A DNA stretch of 64,000 nucleotides, taken from the NCBI GenBank assembly GCA_947476555.1, contig CANJRI010000006.1:1793-65792 (forward strand). The letters are read 5' to 3'. This DNA is from Caulobacteraceae bacterium. GTDB taxonomy: Bacteria > Pseudomonadota > Alphaproteobacteria > Caulobacterales > Caulobacteraceae. Below are positions 47,283 through 57,866 of this stretch, piece by piece (positions within the stretch are counted from its first letter, which is position 1; the number at the start of each line of letters is the position of its first letter). The notes under the pieces are model-generated. The model saw nothing but the letters and a program-made list of their open reading frames with translations, ran no database searches and was not told the origin of the DNA. Both the position numbers and the translations under genes were made by a program.

Positions 47283-47842
47283 GACGCCTTCGGAAAGGGC
47301 CGGCTGACGAAGGTCGAGCCGGCCTCGCCGAACCGCCACGGGACGTCCACGGCCTTGCTGATGCCGATGCGCGGACCGGCGACGACGCCGCGCGCCTTGC
47401 CGGGGCTCACCATGAACGGCGCGCGGTCCAGCGGCATGGCGTTGTGTTCGCGCGTCACCGCCAGGGCCTGGCAGACCTTGCCCGGTCCGGAGCACAGGCC
47501 GCGCAGCTCGGCCCGGCCGCGGCGCTCGGCCATCAGGTCCAGCCCGTGGGTCGGCTCCAGGGCGCGGATCAGCAGGCCGCTGCCAGGTGTCTCCCCGCAC
47601 ACGAAATTCAGGCACCAGTGGACGCCGTAGGAGCGGTAGACGTAGGCGTGGGCCGGTGGGCCGAACATGGCCGCGTTGCGCGGGGTGGGGCCTGAGTGGG
47701 TGTGCGAAGCGGGGTCCTCGTGATGGTAGGCCTCGATCTCGACGATTCGGCCGCCGACGCCGCCCACCAGCACCTCCCAGCCGATCAGGTCATGGGCGAC
47801 CGTGGCCGGGTGCCGGGTCCAGAAGCCGGACGGCCAGCTCAA
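47279..47842 (-). CDS. mpg: 3-methyladenine DNA glycosylase (MPG/AAG type)
   Basis: C-terminal 187 aa of ORF 47279-49744: [41 protein letters not shown]; TTG start overlaps the upstream stop. Confidence 0.9.
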   Translation of the reverse strand: MSWPSGFWTRHPATVAHDLIGWEVLVGGVGGRIVEIEAYHHEDPASHTHSGPTPRNAAMFGPPAHAYVYRSYGVHWCLNFVCGETPGSGLLIRALEPTHGLDLMAERRGRAELRGLCSGPGKVCQALAVTREHNAMPLDRAPFMVSPGKARGVVAGPRIGISKAVDVPWRFGEAGSTFVSRPFPKAS

Positions 47843-49581
47843 CCGGTCAGCGCCTCGGCGCTGATGGCTTCCAGGTCGGCGGCGTCCTCGACGATCCCGG
47901 CGGCCAGTCCCGGCGCCAAGGCCAGCACCTCGCGGGCGAATATCCGCAACAGGTCCGCCTTGGCCTTCAGCCAGGGCTCCTCCGAGCCCTCGGCGGCCAG
48001 GGCCAGCCGGGCCAGGCTCCAGCCCCCGATCACGTCGCCGGCCAATTTCTGATAGCCGGTGGCGGCGGTGAGGGCGGCGGCCATGTCGGCCTGCACCAGC
48101 CATTCCGTCGCGCTCTCCAGGGCGGTGATGGCGGCGTCCAGGCGCGCGCCGGGGCCGGCGAGGTCGCCGGTCAGGCGCGCCGCGGTCGCGTGCATCTCGG
48201 CGCAAAGGTCGGCCATGACCCGGCCCTGGTTCTGCCGGACCTTGCGTCCCATCAGGTCGATGGCCTGGATGCCGTTGGTGCCCTCGTAGATCGGGGCGAT
48301 GCGGGCGTCGCGGTAGTGCTGGGCCGCGCCCGTCTCCTCGATGAAGCCCATGCCGCCGTGCACCTGCACCCCCAGGGACGCGACCTCGACGCCGATGTCG
48401 GTGCCCCAGGCCTTGGCGATGGGGATCAGCATGTCGGCCCGCGCCTGGGCCGCCGCCTTGCCCGTCTCGCTTCCGGCGCTGTGGGCGATGTCGATATTCA
48501 GCGCCGCGGTCAGGAAGATGCCGCGGCCCGCCTCGGTCTTGGCCTTCATGAGCAACAGCGTCCGGCGCACGTCCGGGTGGTCGTAGAGCATGGCGGATGC
48601 GTCGGCCGACCAGATCGCCCGGCCCTGCCGCCGCTCCTGGGAGAAGGCCAGGGCGCGTTGGAACGCCCGCTCCGCTATGCCGATGCCCTGGGCGGCCACG
48701 TGCAGCCGCGCGGCGTTCATCATGATGAACATGTGCGCCAGGCCCTGGTTGGCGACGCCGACCAGCTCGGCCTGGGCGCCGTCGAACACCATCACGCAGG
48801 TGGGCGATCCGTGGATGCCCATCTTGTGCTCCAGCGAGGCCGGACCCACCGTGTTCGCCACACCCAGTTCGCCGTCCTCCCCGACCAGTCGCTTGGTGGC
48901 CAGGAACAGGCTGATGCCCTTCACGCCGGGCGGGGCGTCGGGCAGGCGCGCCAGCACCAGGTGGCAGATGTTCGGGGTCGCCTCGTGGTCGCCCCAGGTG
49001 ATGAAGATCTTCTGGCCGGTGAGCCGGTAGCCGCCGTTCCCATCGGGCTCGGCTCTCGTGGTGATCGCCGCCAGATCCGAGCCGGCCTGCGGTTCGGTCA
49101 GGTTCATGGTCCCGGTCCATTCCCCCGAGACCAGCTTGGGCAGGATCAGGGTCTGCTGACGCGGCGTGCCGTTCAGGGTCAGCGCCTCCGCCGCGCCCAG
49201 GCTGAGCAGCGGGCAGAGGGCGAAGGCCATGTTGGCGGCGTTGACCATCTCGAAGACCGCCGCCTCGAGCGTCTTGGACAGGCCCTGGCCCCCGAAATCT
49301 GGCGAGGCCGCCAGGCCCGTCCAGCCGCCTTCCGCGAACGAATGGAAGGCCTCTGCGAAGCCGCTCGGCAGGACGACCTTGCCGTTCTCCAGCCGCGCGC
49401 CTTCCAGGTCGCCCACCCGGTTCAGCGGCGCCAGCTCGTTGGTGGCCAGCTCCCCGGCCGCCTCCAGCACCGCCATCACGGTGTCGTCGTCGAGGTCTGG
49501 GAAGGCCGTCTGGACCATTTCCGAATGCCCGACCGCCTTCAGGGCGAAGGCCAGGTCGCGGACGGGGGCGCGGAAGGTCAT
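47839..49581 (-). CDS. Acyl-CoA dehydrogenase (DmdC-like subfamily)
   Basis: [45 protein letters not shown]. Confidence 0.92.
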   Translation of the reverse strand: MTFRAPVRDLAFALKAVGHSEMVQTAFPDLDDDTVMAVLEAAGELATNELAPLNRVGDLEGARLENGKVVLPSGFAEAFHSFAEGGWTGLAASPDFGGQGLSKTLEAAVFEMVNAANMAFALCPLLSLGAAEALTLNGTPRQQTLILPKLVSGEWTGTMNLTEPQAGSDLAAITTRAEPDGNGGYRLTGQKIFITWGDHEATPNICHLVLARLPDAPPGVKGISLFLATKRLVGEDGELGVANTVGPASLEHKMGIHGSPTCVMVFDGAQAELVGVANQGLAHMFIMMNAARLHVAAQGIGIAERAFQRALAFSQERRQGRAIWSADASAMLYDHPDVRRTLLLMKAKTEAGRGIFLTAALNIDIAHSAGSETGKAAAQARADMLIPIAKAWGTDIGVEVASLGVQVHGGMGFIEETGAAQHYRDARIAPIYEGTNGIQAIDLMGRKVRQNQGRVMADLCAEMHATAARLTGDLAGPGARLDAAITALESATEWLVQADMAAALTAATGYQKLAGDVIGGWSLARLALAAEGSEEPWLKAKADLLRIFAREVLALAPGLAAGIVEDAADLEAISAEALTG

Positions 49582-49728
49582 GCGCGGCGATCTCCGAAGG
49601 GTCGGCGATCCTAGTCCGCGTCCGCGCCGGGCGGAAGCCGGCCACTGGCTCAAGATCGACGAGGACATCGCCGAGGTCTCCGGTGTAACCAGCCGAGGCG
49701 GACGGCATTCGGGGCGGAACAGAAACCA

Positions 49729-50670
49729 GTGGGCGCAGACGCAACCGACGGGCCGGAGCGGATCGAGGCCGCCGTCCGGGCCTTGCGCGCCGGGGGCCTG
49801 GTGCTGACGCCCACCGAGACCGTCTATGGCCTGGCCGCCGACGCCGCCGACCCGCGCGCCGTCGCCGCCCTCTACGAAGCCAAGGGCCGACCGCGCTTCA
49901 ACCCGCTGATCGCCCATGTGGCCGACGTGGCCGCCGCCCGCCGGATCGCCCGCTTCGACGCTGAGGCCGAGGCGCTGGCCGCCGCCTTCTGGCCGGGACC
50001 GCTGACCCTGGTGCTGCCGATCGCCGATCCGCAGGCGGTCTGCGATCTCGCCCGCGCCGGCCTGGAGACGGTGGCGGTGCGCGTCCCCGCCCATCCCCTC
50101 GCCCACGCCCTGCTGGCGGCGTTTGGCGGTCCGCTGGTGGCCCCGTCCGCCAACCGCTCCGGCCGTCCCAGCCCCACCACCTTCGCCGACGCCGCGGAAG
50201 AGACCGGAGCCGCTGCCGCTGCGGCGCTCGACGGCGGGCCCTGCGCCGTGGGCCTGGAATCCACCGTCGTCGCTCTGCTGGACTCGCCCCGCCTGCTGCG
50301 GCCGGGCGCCGTCACCCGCGCCCAGATCGAGGCGGTGGTCGGCCCGCTGGCCGAGGCCGAAGGGGACGCAAAGCGCTCGCCCGGACGCCTGACCCGGCAC
50401 TACGCCCCCGACGCGCCGGTGCGCCTGGAGGCCGCCGCCCAACAGCCCGGCGAGGCCTATCTGGCCTTCGGGCCGGCCGAGCCTGGCGAACGGGTCTGGA
50501 ACCTCAGCCCCTCAGGTGACTTGGTCGAGGCCGCCGCCAACCTTTTCGCCCACCTGCGCGCCGCCGACCGGTCCGGGGCCTCGGCCATCGCCGTCGCCCC
50601 GATCCCCGAGACGGGCCTGGGCGAGGCGATCAACGACCGCCTGCGCCGGGCGGCGGGTTTCGTGGGCTAG
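49729..50670 (+). CDS. tsaC: Threonylcarbamoyl-AMP synthase, Sua5 form
   Basis: [34 protein letters not shown]...HYAP. Confidence 0.93.
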   Translation: MGADATDGPERIEAAVRALRAGGLVLTPTETVYGLAADAADPRAVAALYEAKGRPRFNPLIAHVADVAAARRIARFDAEAEALAAAFWPGPLTLVLPIADPQAVCDLARAGLETVAVRVPAHPLAHALLAAFGGPLVAPSANRSGRPSPTTFADAAEETGAAAAAALDGGPCAVGLESTVVALLDSPRLLRPGAVTRAQIEAVVGPLAEAEGDAKRSPGRLTRHYAPDAPVRLEAAAQQPGEAYLAFGPAEPGERVWNLSPSGDLVEAAANLFAHLRAADRSGASAIAVAPIPETGLGEAINDRLRRAAGFVG

Positions 50671-50692
50671 GGCGCGGGACTATGATCCTCCC

Positions 50693-52102
50693 ATGACCGC
50701 CCCCGTCCCCGCCGATGTGATCGCGCGCCTGAAGGCGGTGCTAGGCGCGGGCGGCTGGAGCGACGATCCCGCCGTCCTGGCGCCCAAGCTGGTGGAGTGG
50801 CGCGACCGCTGGACGGGCAGCACCCCGTTCCTGGCCCTGCCGCGCACCACCGCCGAGGTGGCCGCCGTGGTCGGGATCTGTTTCGAGTCCGCCGCCCCGA
50901 TCACCGTACAGGGCGGCAACACCGGCCTGGTCGGCGGCCAGATCCCGCAGGGCGAGATCCTGCTCTCAACCCAGAAGCTGCGGGCGATCCGCGAGGTCGA
51001 TCCCCTGGACGACACCCTGGTCGCCGAGGCCGGCGTGACCCTCGCCGAAGTCCACGCCGCCGCCGCCCAGGTGAAGCGCCGGTTTCCCCTCGGCCTGGCC
51101 TCGGAAGGCTCGGCCACGGTGGGCGGGGTGGTCTCCACCAACGCTGGCGGGACCCAGGTGCTGCGCTACGGGACCACCCGCAACCTCGTCCTCGGCCTTG
51201 AGGCGGTGATGCCCAACGGCGAGGTCTGGAATGGCCTGAAACGCCTGCGCAAGGACAACACCGGCTACGATCTGAAACAGCTGCTGATCGGGGGCGAGGG
51301 AACGCTCGGCGTCGTCACAGCCGCCAGTCTCAAGCTCTTCCCGGTGCTGCCTTCCCGCGCCGTCGCCATGATCGGCCTCGCCACGCCCGAGGCGGCCCTT
51401 CAGCTCCTGGCCCGCGCCAAGGACACCGCCGGCGGGACCGTCGAGGCCTTCGAGCTGATCAGCGGCCTCGGCCTGACCTTCGCCGTGCGCCACATCCCGG
51501 GATCGCGCGATCCGATGGAGAGCCGCCACCCCTGGTACGTCCTGGTGGAGTTCGCTTCGTCCGAGCCCGGATCGTCGGAATCGGCGATGGAGCGCTTCCT
51601 GGCCGAAGGGCTCGAAGCCGGCCTGATCGCCGACGCCGTCCTGGCCCAGACCGAAACCCAGGGCCGGGCGCTCTGGGCGCTGCGCGAGAACCAGTCCGCC
51701 GCCCAGAAGCCGGAGGGCGCGGTCTGGAAGCACGACGTGGCGGTGCCGGTCAGCCAGGTCCCGGCCTTTCTGGCCCGGGCCACGGCGGCGGTGACGGCCC
51801 TGGCGCCCGGCGCGCGGGTGATTTCCTTCGGCCATGTGGGCGACGGCAACATCCACTACGACGTGCTGCGGCCGAACGGCGGCTCCGACGCCGAGCACGC
51901 CGCCCGCCGCGACGAGGGCTCGCGGCTGGTCCACGACATCGTCGCCGAGTTCGGCGGATCGATCAGCGCCGAGCATGGCCTGGGCGCCATGAAAACCGCC
52001 GAGGGCGCCCGCTATAAGAGCGCCGTGGAGCTGGAGGCGCTGAAGGCCGTCCGGCGGGCCCTGGATCCCCGGCGAATCCTCAATCCGCGTGTCTTGTTCT
52101 AG
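50693..52102 (+). CDS. FAD-linked oxidoreductase (D-2-hydroxyacid dehydrogenase/GlcD-like)
   Basis: QGGNTGLVGG, RKDNTGYDL, GHVGDGNIH, SISAEHG. Confidence 0.88.
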   Translation: MTAPVPADVIARLKAVLGAGGWSDDPAVLAPKLVEWRDRWTGSTPFLALPRTTAEVAAVVGICFESAAPITVQGGNTGLVGGQIPQGEILLSTQKLRAIREVDPLDDTLVAEAGVTLAEVHAAAAQVKRRFPLGLASEGSATVGGVVSTNAGGTQVLRYGTTRNLVLGLEAVMPNGEVWNGLKRLRKDNTGYDLKQLLIGGEGTLGVVTAASLKLFPVLPSRAVAMIGLATPEAALQLLARAKDTAGGTVEAFELISGLGLTFAVRHIPGSRDPMESRHPWYVLVEFASSEPGSSESAMERFLAEGLEAGLIADAVLAQTETQGRALWALRENQSAAQKPEGAVWKHDVAVPVSQVPAFLARATAAVTALAPGARVISFGHVGDGNIHYDVLRPNGGSDAEHAARRDEGSRLVHDIVAEFGGSISAEHGLGAMKTAEGARYKSAVELEALKAVRRALDPRRILNPRVLF

Positions 52103-53976
52103 CCCGCCCGGTTGGCGCCCTGGCCGTCCAGGACCTGGCGCACCTTCACCGCGAGCTGCTCGACCGTGAAAGGCTTGGAGATCAGCGCCACATTGGCGTC
52201 CAGGACCCCATTATGGACGATGGCGTTGCGCGTGTAGCCGGTGGTGTAGAGGATCTTGATGCCTGGCCAGGCGTCGGCCGCCTGCTCGGCCAGCAGACGC
52301 CCGTTCATGCCGGGCATGACGATGTCGGTGAATAGCAGGTCCACCCGAGGCTGCATGGTCAGCACGCTGAGCGCCTGGGCGGCGTCCGAGGCCTGGACCA
52401 CGGTGTAGCCAAGCTCGCGCAGGGTATCGACCGAGATGTGCCGCACCCGTTCCTCGTCCTCCACCACCAGGATGATCTCCTCGCCCTGGGCGCGCGGCGT
52501 CGCGGTGACCTCGGCCGGCGCCTCGACGATTTCCTCGGCGCCGAGATGGCGGGGCATATAGATCTTCACCGTCGTGCCGACGCCGGACTCGGAATAGATC
52601 TTCACGTGACCGCCGGACTGCTTGACGAAGCCGTGCACCTGGCTGAGCCCAAGGCCCGTGCCCTTGCCGACGCCCTTCGTGGTGTAGAACGGATCGAAGG
52701 CCCGCTCGATCACGTCGGCCGGCATACCGGTCCCGGTGTCGGTCACCGAAACCATCACATATTGGCCGGCGGCGACGTCCCCATGGGTGGCCGCATAGGC
52801 GTCGTCGAGGTGGGCGTTGCTGGTCTCGATGGTGAGCTTGCCGCCGTCCGGCATGGCGTCCCGGGCGTTGACGCAGAGATTGAGGATCGCGCTCTCCAAC
52901 TGAGCGGCGTCGGCGTAGGTCCGCCATAGCCCTCCCGCCAGCACCGTTTCCACCCACAGGTTCTCGCCGATCGTGCGGCGCAGCAGCTCCGACATCCCGC
53001 CAACCAGCTTGTTGGCGTCAAGCGCCCGGGGCTCCAGGGGCTGCTGGCGCGAGAAAGCCAGCAGGCGACCGGTCAGCTGCGCGGCCCTTTGGGCGCCTTC
53101 GATGGCGTTGTCGATGCACGCCTCGGCCTTGACCACATCGCCCTTCAGCCGCCGTTTGGCGAGGTCCAGCGAGCCCAGCACGATGGCGAGCATGTTGTTG
53201 AAGTCGTGGGCCACGCCGCCGGTGAGCTGGCCGATGGCCTCCACCTTCTGCATCTGCCGCATCTGAGCCTCGGCGGCCTGACGGTGCGCGGCCTCGGCGC
53301 GCAGCTGGACGTTGGCTTCGGCGAGCGCCTCCCCGGCTGCCACCGTCTGCGCCAGGCGCCGGCGCGTCTCGGAGATGACGAACAGGGCCAGCAGCAGGCT
53401 CGCCAGGGCGCTCCCGGCCAGCTGGATGGTGACGAACCGCCCGCCCTGGGTCAGGCGCCGGTCGCGGAGAATCAGCAGGCGCTCCTCCTCGGCCTCCATT
53501 CCCGCGACCTCCCGGCGGACGTCGTCCATCAGGTCCTTGCCGCGTTCCATGCGGCGCAGGTCGGTGGCGGCGGCGAGGTCGCCCTGGCGACGATCGGCGA
53601 TGGTCTGGCTGACGATTTCGGCTCGGGCGTTCGCCGCCGCACGCAGGCGGTCGGCGGCGGCCACCTGCCGGGGGTTGTCGGCCACCGCGCGCCGCAGCCC
53701 GGCCAGGTCGTCGGATAGCTTGGCCGTGGCGGCGTTGTAGGGCTCGAGGAACTCCTCCCGGCCGGTGAGCAGGTAGCCCCGCTGGCCGGTTTCGTTGTCC
53801 TGCAGGGTTGAGAGCACGCTCGCCAGGCGTTTCTGGACCTCCATGGTGTGGCTAACCTGGAGGAACGCCCGCTGCTGAGCCCAGGTCATGCCGATGGCGC
53901 CGAGCACGGCCAGCAACAAAACCACAAAGCCCGCGATCAGGGCGTAATAGGCACGATCTGTACGCCGCTCCGACAT
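52099..53976 (-). CDS. Membrane hybrid histidine kinase: CHASE3-HisKA-HATPase-receiver
   Basis: ETGQRGYLLTG (CHASE3), HDFNNML, NLCVNARDAM, GTGLGL, LFTDIVMPG. Confidence 0.92.
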   Translation of the reverse strand: MSERRTDRAYYALIAGFVVLLLAVLGAIGMTWAQQRAFLQVSHTMEVQKRLASVLSTLQDNETGQRGYLLTGREEFLEPYNAATAKLSDDLAGLRRAVADNPRQVAAADRLRAAANARAEIVSQTIADRRQGDLAAATDLRRMERGKDLMDDVRREVAGMEAEEERLLILRDRRLTQGGRFVTIQLAGSALASLLLALFVISETRRRLAQTVAAGEALAEANVQLRAEAAHRQAAEAQMRQMQKVEAIGQLTGGVAHDFNNMLAIVLGSLDLAKRRLKGDVVKAEACIDNAIEGAQRAAQLTGRLLAFSRQQPLEPRALDANKLVGGMSELLRRTIGENLWVETVLAGGLWRTYADAAQLESAILNLCVNARDAMPDGGKLTIETSNAHLDDAYAATHGDVAAGQYVMVSVTDTGTGMPADVIERAFDPFYTTKGVGKGTGLGLSQVHGFVKQSGGHVKIYSESGVGTTVKIYMPRHLGAEEIVEAPAEVTATPRAQGEEIILVVEDEERVRHISVDTLRELGYTVVQASDAAQALSVLTMQPRVDLLFTDIVMPGMNGRLLAEQAADAWPGIKILYTTGYTRNAIVHNGVLDANVALISKPFTVEQLAVKVRQVLDGQGANRAG

Positions 53977-54059
53977 TCCACCTTGTTGCCGGTTGTCGAG
54001 CGTCACGGCAACCCGGCGCGGCCTTGGCGCCGGGCGCGAGCCGGGGCATGACGACGGCC

Positions 54060-54857
54060 ATGCTGATCGTCCTATCTCCCGCCAAGGCGATGAACTTCGC
54101 CGCTGCGCCGATCAGCGCCCCGCTCACCACCCCCGAGCTTTCCGACCAGACGGCCGAGCTGGCCCGGACCACGAAGCGGCTCACCGCCCGCGACCTGAAG
54201 CGGCTGATGTCGCTGTCCGACAGCCTGGCCAAGCTCAACCGCGAGCGCTTCCAGGCGTTCGATCCGGAGCAGGAGGAGGGGCTGCAGGCGGCCTTCGCCT
54301 TCAACGGCGACGTCTATCAGGGGCTGAAGGCCCGCGAGCTGGACCGCAAGGCCCTGGCCTGGGCCCAGGACCACGTCCGCATCCTCTCCGGCCTCTACGG
54401 CGTGCTGCGCCCGCTGGACGCCATCCAGCCCTACCGCCTGGAGATGGGGGTGCGGCTGAAGACCCGGCGCGGCCCGGCGCTCTACGATTTCTGGGGCGAG
54501 CGCATCGCCCAGGCCCTCGACGCCGCCGCCGCCGGCCACAAGGACCGCACCGTCGTCAACTGCGCCAGCGGCGAGTACTTCGGCGCGGTGGACCAGAAGG
54601 CGCTCAAGGCGCCGGTCGTCTCCATGCGCTTCCTGGAGGAGAAGGACGGCGAGGCCCGCATCGTCTCCTTCTACGCCAAGAAGGCCCGCGGCCTGATCGC
54701 CCGCTACGCCATCGACCATCGCATCGACCGCCTGGATGGCCTGAAGGCCTTCGACGTCGACGGCTACCGCTTCCAGCCGGCGCAATCGGGCGAAACCGAA
54801 TTCACCTTCTCCCGGCCCCAGCCGACGCCGCTGGCCCAGCAACGCAAGGAGGCCTGA
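54060..54857 (+). CDS. yaaA: Peroxide stress protein YaaA (UPF0246)
   Basis: MLIVLSPAK, FNGDVY, ILSGLYG, YRLEMG, FYAKKARG. Confidence 0.93.
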   Translation: MLIVLSPAKAMNFAAAPISAPLTTPELSDQTAELARTTKRLTARDLKRLMSLSDSLAKLNRERFQAFDPEQEEGLQAAFAFNGDVYQGLKARELDRKALAWAQDHVRILSGLYGVLRPLDAIQPYRLEMGVRLKTRRGPALYDFWGERIAQALDAAAAGHKDRTVVNCASGEYFGAVDQKALKAPVVSMRFLEEKDGEARIVSFYAKKARGLIARYAIDHRIDRLDGLKAFDVDGYRFQPAQSGETEFTFSRPQPTPLAQQRKEA

Positions 54858-54859
54858 CC

Positions 54860-55657
54860 ATGGCCGTGGACTTCCAGCTCAAGGGCCAGGCGGCCGTGAT
54901 CACCGGCTCCACCAGCGGCGTCGGCCAAGCCTTCGCCCTGACCCTGGCGCGCCAGGGGGTGGACGTGGTGCTCAACGGCCTCGGCGACCCGGCCGCGATC
55001 GAGGCGGACCGCAAGGCTATGGCCGACGAGACCGGCGTGCGTGTCCTCTACCACCCCGCCGACATGACCAAGCCAGCGGAGATCGCCGACCTGATCGGTT
55101 ACGCCCATCGTGAGCTCGGCCGGCTGGACATCCTGATCAACAACGCCGGCATCCAGCACGTGGCCCCGGTGGACGAGTTCCCCGACGCCAAGTGGGACGC
55201 GATTATCGCCATCAACCTCTCGGCGGCCTTCCACGCCACCAAGCATGCCGTGCCGATCATGAAGGCCCAGGGTCGCGGCCGGATCGTCAACCTGGCGTCC
55301 GTCCACGGCCTGGTGGCCTCGCCGTTCAAGAGCGCCTACGCCGCCGCCAAGCACGGCCTGGTGGGTTTCACCAAGGCCTGCGCCCTGGAGCTGGCCCGCA
55401 CCGGGATCACCGTCAACGCCATCTGCCCGGGCTATCTCCGCACCCCGCTGGTGGAGGCCCAGATCGCCGACCAGGCCAGGACGCGTGGCATCCCCGAGGA
55501 CCGGGTCATCGAGGAGGTGATCCTGACCGCCCACCCGAACCGCGCCTTCGTGGAATACGACCACCTGGGCGGGCTGCTGCTCTACATGGTGTCCGACCAG
55601 GGCGCCTCGACCAACGGCGCCGCGCTTCCGGTCGATGGCGGCTGGACCGCGGCCTAG
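54860..55657 (+). CDS. bdhA: 3-hydroxybutyrate dehydrogenase (SDR)
   Basis: ITGSTSGVG, NNAGIQHVAPVDEFP, SVHGLVASPFKSAYAAAKHG. Confidence 0.9.
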   Translation: MAVDFQLKGQAAVITGSTSGVGQAFALTLARQGVDVVLNGLGDPAAIEADRKAMADETGVRVLYHPADMTKPAEIADLIGYAHRELGRLDILINNAGIQHVAPVDEFPDAKWDAIIAINLSAAFHATKHAVPIMKAQGRGRIVNLASVHGLVASPFKSAYAAAKHGLVGFTKACALELARTGITVNAICPGYLRTPLVEAQIADQARTRGIPEDRVIEEVILTAHPNRAFVEYDHLGGLLLYMVSDQGASTNGAALPVDGGWTAA

Positions 55658-55658
55658 A

Positions 55659-55706
55659 GCGCCCTCAGGCGAAGTGGGAACCGGTTCGCCGCCCGGAGGG
55701 CGCGCC
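55659..55706. repeat. CIR-like palindromic repeat, variant B copy 2
   Basis: Identical to 46090-46137; preceded by TAGA containing the bdh stop and followed by an A-rich tail. Confidence 0.88.
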
Positions 55707-55730
55707 GGACAAAAAACCTAGGCCATCGGT

Positions 55731-56246
55731 CTAGGGGGCCTCGGCCAGATAGGCGTTCGGGTCCTTCAGGAAGGCGCCGAATTCGGCCAGGCAGCCCTGC
55801 CAGGCGCCCAGGTGCGTCTCCATCTCCGCCTGGGTGTCGCCGGCCGAGAGCATGGCCGTGTACATGGCGTGGGCCTTGGCGGACTTATCCAGCCATACCC
55901 GGCAGGTGAGCGAGGTCTGGGTGAAGCCATTGAGTTGGGCCAGGGTCGGCGCCCTGGCTTCCGAGATCGTGGAGAAGGCCACCGCCTTGCAGGCGCGGCC
56001 CTGCCGGTCGCACCCGGCATACTGCGCCGAGAAGCCGTAGGCCGGTGTCGTCACCTTGAGGAACACCGCATCGCCCTCGGTCTGGGTGACCTCCGCCCGC
56101 ACGCCCAGCTGGCTCAAGAGGATGATCAGCGACTTCGGATCGCGGGCGTCGAAGGCCGCCGGCGGCGCGGCCTTCGCGGGGGGCGCCTGGGCCTGTGCGG
56201 TCCCGGCTAAGGCCAGGATGGCGAGGGCGAGGACGGTGCGGGTCAT
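55731..56246 (-). CDS. Exported YbjN-like (type III chaperone-fold) protein
   Basis: Signal peptide (AQA), paired Cys (GCDRQGRACK), alpha/beta pattern like alphaproteobacterial YbjN domains. Confidence 0.55.
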   Translation of the reverse strand: MTRTVLALAILALAGTAQAQAPPAKAAPPAAFDARDPKSLIILLSQLGVRAEVTQTEGDAVFLKVTTPAYGFSAQYAGCDRQGRACKAVAFSTISEARAPTLAQLNGFTQTSLTCRVWLDKSAKAHAMYTAMLSAGDTQAEMETHLGAWQGCLAEFGAFLKDPNAYLAEAP

Positions 56247-56345
56247 GCCTGAGCCCTACCAGACCCAGGGACCCGGCTCCATCGTGGAGCCAGTAGCGCC
56301 CGGGCCCTACTGCCGATAGGCTCCGGTCAGGGAGGAGCCAAATCC

Positions 56346-57305
56346 ATGGAAATGACCGTCGCGGCCGTCTTCCTGGCGCTGGCCGTCATCGTGGCGTTCG
56401 GGGCCATCAAGATCGTCCCCCAGGGCCGCGAGTTCACCGTGGAGCGGTTCGGCCGCTACACCAGGACCCTCAAGCCCGGCATCAGTTTCCTGACCCCGTT
56501 CGTGGAGGGGGTTGGCCGGCGCATGAACATGATGGAGCAGGTGCTCGACGTGCCGCGCCAGGAGGTGATCACCCGCGACAACGTCGGCGTGCAGGTCGAC
56601 GCCATCGTCTTCATCCAGGTGATGGACGCCGCAGCCGCCGCCTACCGGGTGGACAACCTCAACTACGCCATCCAGCAACTCACCATGACCAACCTGCGCA
56701 CCGTGGTGGGTTCCCTGGAGCTGGACGAGGTGCTGTCCCAACGGGACGCCATCAACACCCGGCTGCTGAACGTCATCGATGAGGCCACCGGCCCCTGGGG
56801 CGTGAAGTGCGCACGGATCGAGATCAAGGATCTGACCCCGCCACCGGACATCACCAACGCCATGGCCCGCCAGATGAAGGCCGAGCGCGAGCGTCGCGCG
56901 GTGATCACCGAGGCCGACGGCGAGAAGTCCGCGGCCATCGCCAGGGCCGAGGGCGCCAAGCAGGCCGCCATCCTGGAGGCCGAGGGCCGCCGGGAGGCCG
57001 CCTATCGCGACGCCGAGGCCCGGGAGCGCGAGGCGGAGGCCGAAGCCAAGGCGACGGAATTGGTGTCCAACGCCATCGCCAAGGGTGACGTCAACGCCAT
57101 CAACTACTTCGTGGCCCAGAAGTACGTGGAGGCCTTCGGCAAGCTGGCGGAGAGCCCGCAGCAGAAGACGGTCATAGTGCCCGCCGAGATGAGCGCCCTG
57201 GTGGGCTCGATCGGTGGCATCACCGAGCTGGTCAAGGCGGTGAACGCCGACCCGCCGCCGAGGCCCGCGCCCCCGCGCCGCGGCTCGGCTGTCCCGGCGG
57301 GCTAG
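56346..57305 (+). CDS. SPFH/stomatin-like protein (QmcA-like)
   Basis: VERFGRY, QEVITRDNV, QMKAERERRA, Ala/Glu coiled coil. Confidence 0.92.
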   Translation: MEMTVAAVFLALAVIVAFGAIKIVPQGREFTVERFGRYTRTLKPGISFLTPFVEGVGRRMNMMEQVLDVPRQEVITRDNVGVQVDAIVFIQVMDAAAAAYRVDNLNYAIQQLTMTNLRTVVGSLELDEVLSQRDAINTRLLNVIDEATGPWGVKCARIEIKDLTPPPDITNAMARQMKAERERRAVITEADGEKSAAIARAEGAKQAAILEAEGRREAAYRDAEAREREAEAEAKATELVSNAIAKGDVNAINYFVAQKYVEAFGKLAESPQQKTVIVPAEMSALVGSIGGITELVKAVNADPPPRPAPPRRGSAVPAG

Positions 57306-57309
57306 GCCG

Positions 57310-57768
57310 ATGGAGCCGCTCGCCAACCTCTACGCGGCCCATGCCCTCTGGGTCTGGATGGCGCTGGCCGCCCTGCTGCTGGCGGTGGAGATCCTCACCG
57401 GCTCCGGCTGGCTGCTGTGGGCCAGCGCCTCGGCCGTGGCGGTGGGCGTGGCCGCCGGGCTCCTCGGCCTGTCGGCCGCCGGCGCGGTGCTTCTCTATGC
57501 GGCCCTGACGATCGCCTCCACCCTGCTGGCCCGTCGCTACCTGCCCCGTTCGGTCACCGCCGGCGAAGGCGACATCAACGACAATGTCGCCCGCCTGGTC
57601 GGCCACCGGGGCGCTGCCGCCGGCGCCTTCGTCCGGGGCGCGGGCCGCGTCTTCATCGACGGCAAGGAATGGGCCGCCGAACTGGATGGCGATGAAGTCC
57701 TGGAATCCGGCGCCCCCGTGGAGATCACCGGGGTCCATGGCGCCCGCTTAACAGTCAGAGCGGTCTAG
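57310..57768 (+). CDS. NfeD/YbbJ-like partner of the SPFH protein
   Basis: N-terminal TM helices, LVGHRG, GRVFIDGKEWAA OB-fold. Confidence 0.88.
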   Translation: MEPLANLYAAHALWVWMALAALLLAVEILTGSGWLLWASASAVAVGVAAGLLGLSAAGAVLLYAALTIASTLLARRYLPRSVTAGEGDINDNVARLVGHRGAAAGAFVRGAGRVFIDGKEWAAELDGDEVLESGAPVEITGVHGARLTVRAV

Positions 57769-57805
57769 CCTTCCCGTCACACTTCCGGCGCCTTATGCGG
57801 GCAAC

Positions 57806-57834
57806 TTGACCCCTATGGACCCGGGGGCTTATGT
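57806..57834 (+). promoter_or_regulatory. Sigma70-family promoter for the Cys-repeat gene
   Basis: TTGACC-N17-TTATGT, 32 bp before the GTG start. Confidence 0.45.
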
Positions 57835-57866
57835 GCGCCCAACCTTGCTCATGGGGAGTTCTTACG

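Noticed and set aside
47279-50442. Apparent long N-terminal fusions on mpg (821 aa) and the acyl-CoA dehydrogenase (867 aa)
   Set aside because: The extensions are off-frame or antisense read-through of neighbouring genes; real starts at 47842 (TTG) and 49581 give normal lengths.
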